Shown here in pieces: positions 25,271 through 38,891 of a DNA stretch of 64,000 bases (position 1 is the stretch's first letter; every line of letters begins with the position of its first letter). The DNA is from Octopus sinensis (lineage: Eukaryota). Location: positions 39,804,001-39,868,000 of the forward strand of contig NC_043010.1 in assembly GCF_006345805.1 (NCBI RefSeq). Reading direction: 5' to 3'. Made by a program: the position numbers and the translations under genes. Under the pieces are notes generated by a model. It searched no databases. It worked only from the letters and a program-made list of their open reading frames with translations, and was not told the origin of the DNA.

Positions 25271-26876
25271 CTATAAATGTCTTCCTAGCTAGTAGCACAA
25301 TATTGATTTCTTCTAGATATGATGGGGGAGTGATTCATGGCAAATTATGTGTGATGTTGAGTAAGATAGGGGAATACTCGAGTAAGTTATACTATTAATA
25401 TCGAACTGAATAAAGGACAGACTACTAGTATTAGTTAGAGAGTTTAACCATTTATATTATATATATATTGTATATACATATAATATACATACATTCACAC
25501 ACACACTCACACACACACGCATACATGTAATTACCACATGAATATGTACAAGAGGAATCGAATATCAAAGGTTTCTCTACTAGTATTTAATGGTGATGGT
25601 TTTGTGACACGGTGATGATATCGTTTTAATTAAGAAGATTTATGTTTTAAGCTACTAATTTAATCGATAGATATCGTTACAGTTTATTTCTATTTAACAC
25701 TTCATTATCCTTTTTTAATTTCTATGAGAATTTACGAAAATATGTCAAATTCCTATAGTACATTGAACTTTTAACAGTTGAACTAACATATAAAGAGGGA
25801 ACATCAAAAAATGCAATTAACATTTTAAAACTCAAATGATGTAGAATGAAATTTCGTTAATTGGGACAAAATACAATTTTTTTTTAATTCAAAGAAAGTG
25901 AAATGCAATCGTTTATAGAAAAAACAAACTCGTGAGTATTATCATTATATTTTTTATTGATTTGTGATAAAGTAAAGTATGGTAATTACTTCGAATTCGT
26001 ACAATTTAATAATGTTTTATTTACCTTTAAGAAGGATAATGTCTGTTTAATTTTCTGCAATTCACTAAACAGAAACAAAAAAATATTCAATGATTATTCT
26101 GAGAGATATGACCTGAGGTTGACGAGATAGAAACTAACAAGTAAAACATTCTTTACAATTCTATATCAGAATATTTAACAACACTTAATCTAAGAGTGTG
26201 CCGTAATGTCGACTTAGAATACCTTATCATAAATATAATAAGTATAAATATCCTGCGATATAGAGTAGATCGACGGCGGCACACTGTAGTGGAATAGAAT
26301 GCAAGAAATTAATGTGGTCTGATTTGGCCCCAGGTTTTGGCTGAAAAGAGGATCACTATTTAGAAACCCTTGCATCTGTCAATATGGCTACAGAGCGTTT
26401 AGAACTAAGGGTGGTCACGTGTATATGATTAATACGAGAAATTCTCTTCTTATGGGTTTGAATATGTTACAGGTAGAACTGAACCGGTAACAAGTTTATA
26501 TTTACGTATACACATTGCTGCTTAGCGCTTCCAATCCGTATTTTATAGAGGCTGGAAACCGATCGGCAGAACCACCCTCAGAGGGTTCAGTTGAATATAG
26601 TCTGACATTCTCAGTTCGTATTACCTCACTCTCCAATGTTTGACGGTGAGGGAGAGATACCTACCCTGAGATGCACGCATCCATCAATCTGGTAGGTGGC
26701 GCTTCTAACTGATTAGGTGCGTATACATTTATTTGTCTTACAGGTAGAATTTATCCTCATGACAATTCGCATTGAATGGCTCTGTTACAGGTTCAAATAT
26801 ACCCCAAGCATATTTGAACGCATAACAGGTTTATATATGTACATATGTACACATCACTGCTTAGCGCTTCTAGTAT

Positions 26877-26889
26877 TTATATGTATGTA

Positions 26890-26935
<46 letters not shown>

Positions 26936-27068
26936 CATATATATACATATATACATTATATATGCATATATACATATATATATATATATACATATACATA
27001 TAATATATATATATACATATATATATACATACATATATATGTATATACATATATATATGTATGCATGC

Positions 27069-27103
<35 letters not shown>

Positions 27104-27328
27104 CATATATAATATATACATATACATATATACATATAAATACATATATATATATATAGATATATATACATACATATATACATATAAATACATATATATA
27201 TATATATATATACATACATATGCATGTGGGCGTTTTGTATGTATGCTTTATATATATATATACATATATATACATATATATATATACATACATATATATG
27301 TATAACATATATATATATATATGCATGC

Positions 27329-27363
<35 letters not shown>

Positions 27364-27522
27364 ACATATATATATATACATATACATATATACATATAAA
27401 TACATATATATATATACATTATATATATACATATACATATATACATATAATACATATATATATATATATACATACATATGCATGTGGGCGTTTTGTATGT
27501 ATGCTTTATATATATATATATA

Positions 27523-27578
<56 letters not shown>

Positions 27579-27601
27579 GTATATATGTGTGTGTGTGTTT
27601 G

Positions 27602-27636
<35 letters not shown>

Positions 27637-27640
27637 CATG
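26877..27640. repeat. Compound (TA)n/(TACA)n microsatellite with an internal duplication of about 260 bp
   Basis: tgcatgtgggcgttttgtatgtatgc at 27221 and 27479; atgcatgcatat at 27061 and 27321. Confidence 0.9.
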
Positions 27641-29762
27641 TATGTATATATTCATGTGTGTATACGTGTGTTTGTGTGTGTATATGGGTTTACGCATATA
27701 ATCATACCTATTTTTATGAATGCATACGCATATAAATGCATACACACCTTGTGTCATTATTCAATCTGCTAAGGTGTTGATAAAACAGAAAATTACTAAA
27801 AGATGTGTGTCGCAGTGTATATTACTACATCAAAGTTTCCATGCGACTTGTACAATATATCTTGTAGGAGACAACATAGCTGTTTCCAGACTAATAAGTG
27901 TTCACGTATTCAAGAAGTTACGCTGTGTTTACTTGTGATTAAGGTTAAGTCAGAAGTGAAAGAGAAAGATTATGAAGCAGGAATATATCATACAATTATC
28001 TGAGAGCAATCACGAGACTTTCATATATCTCCCACTTGTGAGTAATGGTTTTATTTAAGAATGTTAAATATGCGCCTGCGGGAGTTTAGTAGGAACAGAT
28101 ATATGAAAATTGTAGTAGTGCCTGTATGTGGGGATTGTATAGAGAATTGAGACACAGGAAAGTATAAGGAATCTGTGTAATGAGTAGTTAGCACGCATTA
28201 TTTCACAGTAAACTATTTACTTACCAGAATACATGCTATTGTCACAGATCCAGTTATTTGAATTGAGTTTATCAGGGTTTCGTTTAAGTTTATATGGATG
28301 GAGGGGATTATTAATGAATTGCAGTGTATAATTATTATTCACGCTGTTTTTTATTTGCAGGTGTGTGGTATCCGGGACTAGGAAGAAATGTTTATTTCTG
28401 TTTGTAAACAAACGATAAAAGAATGTTTTGTTACACGTTTTTACTCGTAGGTTATATGGTAGAATTATCCCGGATCATATTTTTCCTCTAGTTTCTGTGT
28501 AGAGGTTGCGGGTTGATTGTATTATAAAGGTATTTTCTTTCCTTTGTTTAGCCATAGATTTATAACCTCCTAGAAACGATGTGTTTCTTAATTGAAGACT
28601 CTTTCTTAGAAGGTTTTCCAGTGATTTTCAATGACAGAATATCAACGAAGCTTTGAGACACGTGTAACGAAGCTAGAGAGTTTTCAAAAGGAATAATTCA
28701 GTATTTTAGGTTCGTCTTCTGTTTTCCTGGCTTTATATTTTTCCTTAAAAGAAATCAAAAGAAACAATGCCTCAACAGCTACAATTTTTACTCGACCGAT
28801 CGTCCACACGTTTTCGGTTCGTATACTGTTTTATTCTTTAGAAATATTTTCCCGTCTTTTGTTTCTTTAACTAGTATCTATCCCTTAGCTACGTTTCAAT
28901 ATCTTTCCTTGATATTTGCAATGAGATCTCACATTCATCTACCTCCAAGAAGATGCAAACACGCTTTGTTTATAATTTTGACTACAATTACGCAACTACA
29001 CAATTCTAAATTTATTTTGAACTAAACAATTTTCTAATTTAACCAGCGACGAAGTTTTATTGATTCACTGGCATAATAGCCCTTCCGGCAGAAATTCAAA
29101 AACCTGTTGAAATGAATATGAATGTACACATGCATGTATGTATATATATATGTACGTATGTATGTATCTATGTATGTTTATAAATATGTACGTAAAAAAA
29201 TATATATGTATTTATATGTATATATATATATATATTTATAGATATTTATATATACATATATTTACATATGTATGTACACACACATACTTATAGACATCTA
29301 TTAGCACACACACATACATACGTAACGATATTTTCTCATAATTATATGCCTATCCCATTTTTCATGTTGCGCTGTTTGCTACAATAATTTTAAAACAAAT
29401 TTAATCTATGAAGATTATATCTGCTGTCTTACAAACAAATCTCAATACAGAAACATTCAATTATACTTTGTTTTATATATAGTAAACAGGACAGGCATAA
29501 ACACACAATTATTATTGAAAAAGAAGTGGAATGTAGATCAGGTGAAATTACAAAAGTGTGAAAACATTCAACAAATTTCAATATATCTGGATTGTGATTT
29601 TAGTGTAAAGAAGAAAAAAAACCATTAGGTTTCATCTACATACGTGAAGCATATTTTAAAAGCTTTATCGCAAAGATTGGAATGAAGAAACAAACAGGGA
29701 TAGGCATACATTTATCTGAAAGTGATGTTCAACTTAAATGCGTCTATCAAGGTAAAATTATA

Positions 29763-29766
<4 letters not shown>

Positions 29767-29842
<76 letters not shown>

Positions 29843-29845
29843 ACT

Positions 29846-29885
<40 letters not shown>
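29767..29885. repeat. (CTAT)n microsatellite
   Basis: Direct inspection. Confidence 0.95.
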
Positions 29886-29887
<2 letters not shown>

Positions 29888-30569
29888 CGTCTGCCTGTCT
29901 GTCTGCTTATATATCTATCGCTCATCTATTTATCTCTTTAGCTATCTATCCCTCTGTCTGTCTGCTTATCTATCTATCTATGGCGTACATAATTTCTTTA
30001 TGGACTGGTACGGTGCGTCGGGGGGATTACACATTTTGTAACCAGACTTATCTGGAGCAATGTGGATTGGAGTGTTTTACTCAAGATCATAACGAATCGC
30101 TTGGCCTAGGAATCGAAACCATGTGTACGATACCTTGACCTCTCAGGCACATGTGTGTATATAAATATATATCGACATAAATATGTTGCTGAACTTGTAA
30201 GAATGTCTATACTTTTGAGACAAAGTGAAATATTTCTTTGTTAGAATTGTTTCTCGAAGTAGATAACTAGTATAAATAGCAGGAATTCGAAGGATTGTTT
30301 TGGTCTAATGGTAGAACGCCTGCCATATTTACATGAGATGTGTTCGAGTCCTATAAGAAGCCTTCGACATTTTTGTTTCAAAAGGTTTATCCTTCCCAAT
30401 ATTTACATGCGCTACTTGCTTGTGAGGCTGGAGATGGGAGCGATGACTTCCCTTTACATATATATATATATATATATATAATCATATATATATATATATA
30501 TATACATATACATGCGCATCGCATGCAGCTTACATATATAAATGTACATGTATACACTCATATATATAT

Positions 30570-30602
<33 letters not shown>

Positions 30603-30632
30603 GTGTATATATATATATGTGTGTTATATATA

Positions 30633-30669
<37 letters not shown>

Positions 30670-31799
30670 CCCATATATATCCACATGTATAAGGAAGTGT
30701 ATGTGAAATTAACTGCAGCGATTGAATGTCAATTTTCCAGGATTTCATGAAAAACGATCGGCTATCTTCTAATTTTAATTCTTTTAATTCCCTATAATAT
30801 TGCATATATACATAAAGAGTTTGCAACAATATCTAGTCAATCTTCTTGCATGCCCATTAACAAAGCACTTACGACAAGACGCCCACAAAGATTCTATTTT
30901 TGATTCTTATATTGAACTGAATAAACCCGTTTCCCTATGTTCACAGATTTTTTTATGTGCGCTGAATACGTGATAGGAATGCATAACTTTATTACTAAAT
31001 TAGGCACTAAAACAGTATTGAAAAATCGTAGAATGGGACCTATAAAATGTTGCGCTTCCTTTACAACATCTGTTTCAAATGAACTTGCAAGAAAAGATTA
31101 ATAAAGTGATGACAATATCAAAGATGAACGCCAGTTTGACATACACTGTGAAATCAAAATTCTTCTTTCCATTGTGAATCAGTGTTATATTTTCTTCAAA
31201 TATGCCTTTCCTTCAAAAAAGATATGGGATGAACTAGATTTTATTGAGTCTTTTCGTATTAGGAGCCCGACAAAAATTTTGCTAAACATTAACAACTTCA
31301 GCATCTTGCGTAACCTCCGTATATTCGATGCAATTGTTAAGGAATAGGAACATGCTATACTTGAGGACGCGATAGGCGTTTATCCGAAGAATCCAAAATG
31401 GGGTAAGTTTTCCTGAGTTTGCTTTTGTACACATAATAGTATTATTTAATAGCAATAATGCAAAAATAGAAATTCTTCAGGAGATCCTTTTGTTCCATCC
31501 AAATCATTGGCGTTAAGAAACGTATGGAGGGCATATTTCTTTATTTAGTCTCGCAATTTAATTGAAAATACTATACAAATTTGATGGGTTAAACACGGCT
31601 TTCCCGGATGCTTAGTTGTCAGTCAAAAGATAGTTTATATATCTTTTTCGATACATTTTAATATATCCTCCTATGTCCTCTGTTGGGCATATTGGAAAAG
31701 CTCTGGCAAGTACTGAAGAAACAAAAAACAAAGGCAGATAAATCTTCTCTATCAATTTAAGTATATGATATAGCATTAATAAAAATATAATATAAATAA

Positions 31800-32197
31800 C
31801 TAGCAGTATCGCCCGACGTTGCTCGGGTTTGTAAGGGAAATAACTATATAAGCATTTTTAGAGATGTAAAGTATAATAGCCATCTCAATATGGCTAACCA
31901 CAAAGGGGGGTGGTGTTACTGTAGCTTTTTACGTTCTGAGATTTAATAATAAATTTTTAGAGAGTTACTTCCCTTATATATGCCAAAAATGCATTAAAAA
32001 TGGGAAAAAATAATGGTAATGTTTTTTTTAAATCGTAGACTCATCGTAGACGCGCACTAATACCCAGAAGAGCTCGATATGAATCACGACTATAAGATAC
32101 CCGGTTTTGGTTAAACTGCACCGCAAAATGTGGGAGTAGTTAGGAATCTAAATCGTAGGAGACAGACAGCACACAACCTCATTTTTATATATAAAGA
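31800..32197 (-). mobile_element. Non-autonomous Helitron (family C)
   Basis: Reverse complement of 20959-21355, with TC start and hairpin+CTAG end. Confidence 0.85.
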
Positions 32198-33339
32198 TAA
32201 CATAATATATTAAGTAAGTTATTCTATTTAGTAAATTTATAGGTACAAATTTGAAATGATTAAGGTGATTTATAAATACCACATTAGGCAATAATTATTC
32301 AAAAATAAAAACATTATCATGTCTTGAAAATACACACGTGTTAGGGAAAACAAAAAGACAGTTTGAAAATAAGGAATGATGTACCGAAATTTAATAACAA
32401 CCTAAATGAGCTCCAATAAAATGTCATGTTGCCCTGCTTTGTTAAATCAATTAGTTATATTATCAAAGGAATATTTTTCGATAATTTTCTTGATTTTTAT
32501 TTCATTGTGTGATGTTTCTTAGTGCATATTGTTAATATGAATAAAAAGGTTAAAAATAGAAATAATTAAATCATTATTATAGTGTATAGTAATTAGCGTT
32601 GTTATAAATTAAGTTCACAGCATAATTGAATTTTCTTCTGTAAGTTTTGTAAATATTAACTCTTTTCCTTTATTTTTACATGTTTACATGACAGAAATTG
32701 GTAAATTTATGAGAAACATTAAAGCAAAGAGGAAGGAAAACAGACCCGGTATCGTCATTTGAGGTATCGATATGTGTATTAGTTTGTGTGTATGTGTGTG
32801 TGTTTGGATGTGTATGTGTGTGTTTGTATGTGTACGTGTGATTTGCGTTTCCCTGTGTGTTTGTATGTGAATGATGAGCTTTTATGTGTATGTGTATACA
32901 TGTGTGTGTGTGATTGTGTATGTATTATATGCATGTGCGATTTGTGTGTGTATGAGTATGATGTGCGTTTGTGTGTGTATGTGTGTGCGTGAGTGTGTAT
33001 GTGTGTATGTTTGTGTGTGAGTGCATTTGTGTATGTGTGTGATGTGCGTGTGCCTATGGTGCATGCACAGACATGTCTCATAATTTCTACTGTAGGCTGG
33101 ATGTTGGTGGCAGCGTACACATCGAATTCGTATAAAGTTATCTCCGATAACCTGTATATTATGTAATTATCCCGACATATATTTACACACACACACATAT
33201 ATACATATGTATTCACATATATACATACACATACATACATACATACATACAACATACATACATATATTCTTTTATTCCTTTACTGGTTTCAGCCAGAGGA
33301 TGATGCCATGCTGGGGTACCGCCTTTCGGTGTTTTGGAG

Positions 33340-33780
33340 TCTCCTTTAGGTACTGTTTTTGCTGAAGGAGTGAATTGGAGGAAGTTGTATATCTTTGTAC
33401 CTCACGCGTCCGTGACTTCAGTAGAAATTTGTCCTGATGCAATTTGGACACATCCATATCTAAAACCTTACAGATCTCGTTGGATCCTTGGCATGATGAA
33501 ACCCAAGCTGATGCTATACTGGGTCCTTATCTGAGGTGAAGAAGAGGTATCTTTGGTATTATGAAGCGCCGGCATGTTCGGTGGAGGGCATAACTTTTAA
33601 TTCCAATGTTGAGAGCTAGACTTTCTAGGATCCTCCATATGTATACCATTGTATAAATTTATCGCACTTCTCTCTAGGAAGCAGTGGTTCACTTCTTGCA
33701 GCCTCTCCCAGTAGCTCAGCTGTTTCACTGAGTCAATCTTCTTTGTGTAGTGGGGCAGGATTGCCTCAAGTTCCGACACT
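33340..33780 (-). pseudogene. CR1/jockey-like LINE ORF2 C-terminal remnant
   Basis: SELEAI..HYTKKIDSVKQLSYWERLQE... resembles the post-RT region of CR1-group LINEs. Frameshifted. Confidence 0.7.
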
Positions 33781-34265
33781 CGTTATACACACACACACAC
33801 ACACACACACAGACACACACACGCACACACACACACACACATACATATATATATATATCTATATATAAAACTGAAATGCGTTTTTACCGCTTGGTTCGCT
33901 TTCAATGCCACTACATCCCGTCCGATTCGCTCCAAAATTTACACGGACATGTAGAATGAGGTGACGATGCGCGTGGGCTACCTTAGAAATCCCTATCTTA
34001 AAAGCTGTGGTTTCTAGGGGCCATCTTCCTACCTCACCCTATTTCCTCCAGTACTCTGTCACTCCTCTTCATTTATAACTTTCAGAATGCCACTACGGTA
34101 TTTAAAGTATCTGTCACTATCGCTATTTCCTTTCTTTTTCACTGACTCTGTTTCCTACTTCCTATCACTTCGGCGGCGTTCTTTGAAGTATATGTCTGTC
34201 ACCAACAATCAACACACGAGCATGAGAACAAATATTATGAATCAGATATTCTTGCGTTCATTTAT

Positions 34266-34490
34266 ATGTGTGTGTGTGTGTGTGTTCTCTATATATATGT
34301 ATATATAATGTATGTGTGTGTGTGTGTTCTATATATAAATATGTATATATAATGTATGTGTGTGTGTGTTCTATATATAAATATGTATATATAATGTATG
34401 TGTGTGTGTGTGTGTGTGTTCTATATATAAATATGTATATATAATGTATGTGTGTGTGTGTTCTATATATAAATATGTATATATAATGTA
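34266..34490. repeat. Minisatellite of about 38-44 bp, (TG)n-ttctatatataaatatgtatatataatgta, about 5 copies
   Basis: Direct inspection. Confidence 0.85.
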
Positions 34491-34640
34491 TATATACAAA
34501 GTGTATATATCTGTATTTATGTATATTAAACTTTTTCATACTTTTTGATAGTTATATATATTTTTAAACAAATTATAAATATAATTTCATAATTTTTATT
34601 TTCAATTTAAATAATTTAAAGTTTTCAATTTTATATTTTA

Positions 34641-34935
34641 CTAGCAGTATCGCCCGGCGTTGCTCGGGTTTGTAAGGGAAATAATGATAAGCATTTTTAG
34701 TGAGTTATAGCAAAAAAAATAGCAAAAAATGCATTAAAATGGAATAAAAAATGATGGTATTTTTTTTTAAAATCGTAGACTCATCGTAGACGCGCGCCTA
34801 ATACCCAGAAGGGCTCGATATGAATCACGACTATAAGATACCCGGTTTTGGTTACACTGCACCGCAAAATGTGGGAGTAGTTAGGAATCTAAATCGTAGG
34901 AGACAGACACACAACCTTACTTTTATATATAAAGA
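34641..34935 (-). mobile_element. Non-autonomous Helitron (family C), shorter interior
   Basis: Same termini as 31800-32197 but lacks about 100 bp of interior. Confidence 0.85.
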
Positions 34936-35233
34936 TTTGTGCAACAACTAAAACATTCGGTTGTGCAAATTGTTTGCACAGGAAACCTGCCCTGTGTGGC
35001 GGTTTTTGCCGTTTTTGTGGATCTGTTTCAGCTTTTTTAGCGATTTCTGTTTTTGGCGACTTCAAGCCATGAAGTCGTTGTTCTAAAAGAACGCTGGTCT
35101 CCTTCACAACGCATTAGGACGTTGATTTCCTTACCTCCCTTCCCCACAGCTTCACGAGGGAGGGAAGAAGGGGGAGAAGCAACACAGGTGCAGGCGTGAA
35201 CGTGGACGCCAACTCCGCCGCCATCGACACACG

Positions 35234-35449
35234 AAAAAATATGCATTAAAATGGAATCAAAAATGATGTTAAATTATTTTTAAAAATCGTACAACTCATC
35301 GTAGACGCGCGCTAATACCCAGACGGGCTCGATATGAATCACGACTATAAGATACCCGAATTGGTTAAACTGCACCGCAAAATTTGGAGTAGTTAGGAAT
35401 CTAAATCGAAGGGGACAGACACTCACACAACTACAGTTTTATATATAGA
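35234..35449 (-). mobile_element. Helitron family C, 5' part of a diverged copy
   Basis: catcgtagacgcgcgctaatacccag...gaatcacgactataagataccc is shared with the other copies. Confidence 0.75.
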
Positions 35450-36459
35450 TATATTTTTCTAGTTTATATTTCTTTTTTTATGTTTTTGTTTTTGGGTTTT
35501 TCACTTTTGATTTGCCTATTAGTGTTTTTATCTCTAATTTATTTATACAGATATATATCTCATTTGTATACATTTGTATATATAATGCGTGCACACACAC
35601 ACATATATATATATATACACATATATATATGTGTGCATTACGTAGTCGGTCGATTCACCTGAAAATATGCACACCTATGTTAAAGGTGCTGACAAGTTTG
35701 CATCACAACTATTTTGTTCCTCAAATGAAAGGCGCACCTCTAGGACAATTTCCTCATCTTATAAAATGTGGCCCCAGTACACCCGAATGAAAATCGGGTA
35801 TATTAACCAAAATGTGAAAAGGGGGTCTAAATGGGGGGGCTGGAAGGGGATTAAAATTTCAAAGAGCGGGTGTTTAGGAATTCTCTGTTGCATCAAGCTA
35901 AAAAATTGCGCCAGCCTTTTAATCGTCAATGTTTGCCGTCCATGATAAAGAAGTTTTGAATGCTTGCCATGGTGAGTCTACTGTCGTGAGAAAGAATCAC
36001 TTCAAAAATTGGTGTTTACGAATTTTCTTTTACATCAAGTTCAACATTTTACGCCAGCCGTTAAACTGTCACTACGTTGCTGTCCGTCGTTAACAAATGC
36101 CAGCCATGGTGACTCTACTATCCTCAGATTCTATCCCTTCAACCTTTGGTTTCCAATATTTTATTATTTTTATTCCTCGCAAGTTCGTCTGTCCCTTTTG
36201 AATGTTAGCGTTTTGCTGTCTGCCTTGAAGCAGACCTTTCCATTGCCACTGCCTCATATTTCTGATTGATCTTTCTAAATATTTTATTTCTCAACTTACT
36301 CAAGATCTTCTGTTGTTTATAAATGGAGAGAGATAGATAAAGATATAGAGTAAGAGAAAGCGAGGGAGAGTCAGAGAGAAAAGAAAAGTAAGAGAGTGGG
36401 AAAGTGAGAGAGAAAGGAGAGAGAAACAAATACGGAGAGAAACAAATACGGGTTGGGCA

Positions 36460-36720
36460 GTGTGACCGGGTCTCGGAAGCACAGGAGGCTGCACCAGGCT
36501 CCAGTCTGATCTGGCAGTGTTTCTACAGGTGGATGACCTTCCTAACGCCAACCACACTGTGAGTGTAGTGAGTGCTTTTTTCGTGCCGACGGCACTGGTG
36601 TCGGGGGGGCTCGCAGTGGCAACGATCGGTTGGTGCTTTTTACGTGCCACCAGCACAGAACCAGGTCAAGGCGGTGCTGCAATCGGCCACGTTCGGATGG
36701 TGCTTTTTACGTGCTGAAAG
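36460..36720 (-). mobile_element. RTE-tail-like repeat with an internal ggtgctttttacgtgcc minisatellite
   Basis: The minus strand contains ggttggcgttaggaagg(t)catccacctgtagaaa, a motif I recall from RTE-associated repeats. The internal motif occurs three times. Confidence 0.5.
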
Positions 36721-36780
36721 AAGCAACAGAAAGTAACACCCACACTCTTACCCGCGCGTAGAGCGTGTCACCTTCAGCTA

Positions 36781-36860
<80 letters not shown>

Positions 36861-36879
36861 TATATATATGTATATATAT

Positions 36880-37083
36880 ACTTTATGAAAATGTAGCAAA
36901 AATATCAAGAAAACTGTTACTCAGAGTTTCATGTTCCCATTTGTCGGTCAGCTTTCCGACGAACGGATATGTGAAACTTGGAGTAACACGTTTCGCGATA
37001 TTCTTGTTGCTTTTAATAAAGCCTATCTCTCTACCTCCAGTATTCGAGTACTATTTTTTCCACTTTGTTCCGCACTACTCTGG

Positions 37084-37085
<2 letters not shown>
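36880..37085. mobile_element. Family F fold-back between (TA)n tracts, with a hammerhead-like motif
   Basis: 36895-36950 is an imperfect inverse of 36956-37010. The right arm reads CCGACGA-acggauaugu-GAAA-c-uugga-g-UA. Confidence 0.65.
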
Positions 37086-37143
<58 letters not shown>

Positions 37144-37934
37144 TATATATATCCATACATATACATATATATGTATGTATATATGTGTGTGCGCGTGTGT
37201 GAATGTATGTACGTATATATTGCGATCAGTATAGCATGCGCTTCTGTCCATTGCTTTGGAGATAAAATGGAAATTAACAACCCCAAAACATATAAATATA
37301 AAGAAGTGCAGCATACATGTTACTCTGCAACGGATCATTTGCCGAGATGCAGAACCACACACACATACGTATGTTATATATATATATATAATATATATAT
37401 ACACAAAGCGTGAGAGGGGGAGAGAGAGGGAAGGAGGCAAAACGATTTCAAAATTCAATTTTAGAATTTCTTTTGCCTTACCTCGATGGAGAATTTAAGA
37501 GCTGCATCTTCTGTTTCCAGTAACCTTTACTTTTCAATAAAGACTATGTAGAACTGGCGTTAAATGATTTAATATAATATTAGAAGGAAAGAAAGATATA
37601 TAATAAGTCTTTGAAATTCACTTTAAATGGGAAGAATTTAATAATTGACATAAAAATTTTCTATTGTCTACAGTTTTTTTAGCAATATTCCCATAGACAA
37701 AATTGCGAATGCTTTCTGCGATGTTTTTCTCTTAACTTTGTAACCAGTCGCTATAATATCAAAGCTTTTTTTAATACGTAATTTTCAACTATTTCAACTA
37801 TCCAAGCCAAACCAACCAACTTACCAAACTGAAACCTACATGTAAATTAAAATTCGAATTTGTATTATAAAGAGAAATTCATGTACTTTAACTATGAGAA
37901 CGATTTAAACAGTTTTCAAATATTGGTTACAAAT

Positions 37935-38150
37935 TCTGGCACAGATCGAGGAATTTCGTGGGATGGGGTGACTCGTTTGTGTCTGCTTCAAGGCCGCTCG
38001 ACTGGTGCTTATTTTAACGACGCCGAAAAGATGAAAGACAAAGTGAAACTCGGTGGAATTCGGACTCAACCTCACACAGTAAAGACGGACGAAATAGAGT
38101 TAAGCATTTTGTCAGGCACACTAACGACTCTGCCAACTGACCACCTTAAG
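37935..38150 (-). mobile_element. Degenerate SINE group 2
   Basis: Diverged reverse complement of the 60066 head and body. Confidence 0.6.
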
Positions 38151-38239
38151 AATTTTTAAATATTAACACAAGCAAAGACTAATGAACGAAAATATGTTTC
38201 CATAAAGTATTTATTGAAAAAGTAGTTACGGTTATAGAA

Positions 38240-38586
38240 CCAAAAAAACCCAGGATTACATAACCCCTAATATTTGGCCTCCTAATTGACCAGATCTCAA
38301 TCCATTGAACTATTACATGTGGAGCGTTGTTGAAAGAGAGGTCAATGAACACGCCCATAACACCAAAGATACTTTGAAAGCTGCCGTAGTCAGAGCAACG
38401 TCCAAACTAAACGAGGACCACTTAATGTGAGCATGTAGATCTCATATAGAAGCAGTTGTTGTGGCTTTATTAAATAGCATCATAGAAAACAATGTTTATT
38501 TTAAAACTCATAGTGTTTTTTGATAAAGTTATTATCTGTTTATTTACAAATGTAAATGTGTCCTCAAATATCATACGCACACTGTA
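38240..38586 (+). mobile_element. Tc1/maT-like transposon 3' remnant
   Basis: ITPNIWPPN*PDLNPLNYYMWSVVEREVN (WPPxSPDLNPxD motif); ends ...cacactgTA. Confidence 0.8.
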
Positions 38587-38849
38587 CATAAATATGCACA
38601 CACAAACACACACGCACATATATATATATACATAGTGTATTAGCATTTATATATGTGTGTGTGTGTGTGTGTGTGTGCGTGCGTGCGTATGTTTGTGAAT
38701 GTACAAACCCATATACATGCATAGATAGACGGTAATGCAAACAAAATCGAACATAATAGTTTCTTATTAACGGTTTCAGGACAGCCAGGTTCGTTTAAGG
38801 TATATATATGTCTATATATATATATATATATAATATATATATAATATAT

Positions 38850-38891
<42 letters not shown>

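Larger units (their letters stand above)
21620..25440 (-). mobile_element. Decayed Penelope-like retroelement 1 (RT, linker, GIY-YIG and a 3' repeat with a hammerhead)
   Basis: RT remnants FDIPMGSSDSAEVTNLVGAYLL and GLYRDDALF...ERIRKKI...KIVNF; linker WLNIPF...KFPISHRYHRII; the endonuclease listed below. Outer limits are approximate. Confidence 0.85.

Noticed and set aside
26877-27772. Long ORFs rich in Y/I/M/C/V/H/T here and at many other sites
   Set aside because: They are translations of stop-free microsatellites, not genes.
36880-37085. All fold-backs being long-read chimeras
   Set aside because: The arms here, at 10283 and at 55830 are strongly diverged, and termini recur between distant loci. 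Artefact remains possible only for the near-identical cases at 42 kb and 61-63 kb.
38761-38810. GAAA-cc-GUU-aauaag half-motif on the minus strand next to (TA)n
   Set aside because: The CUGA core and stem II are missing.
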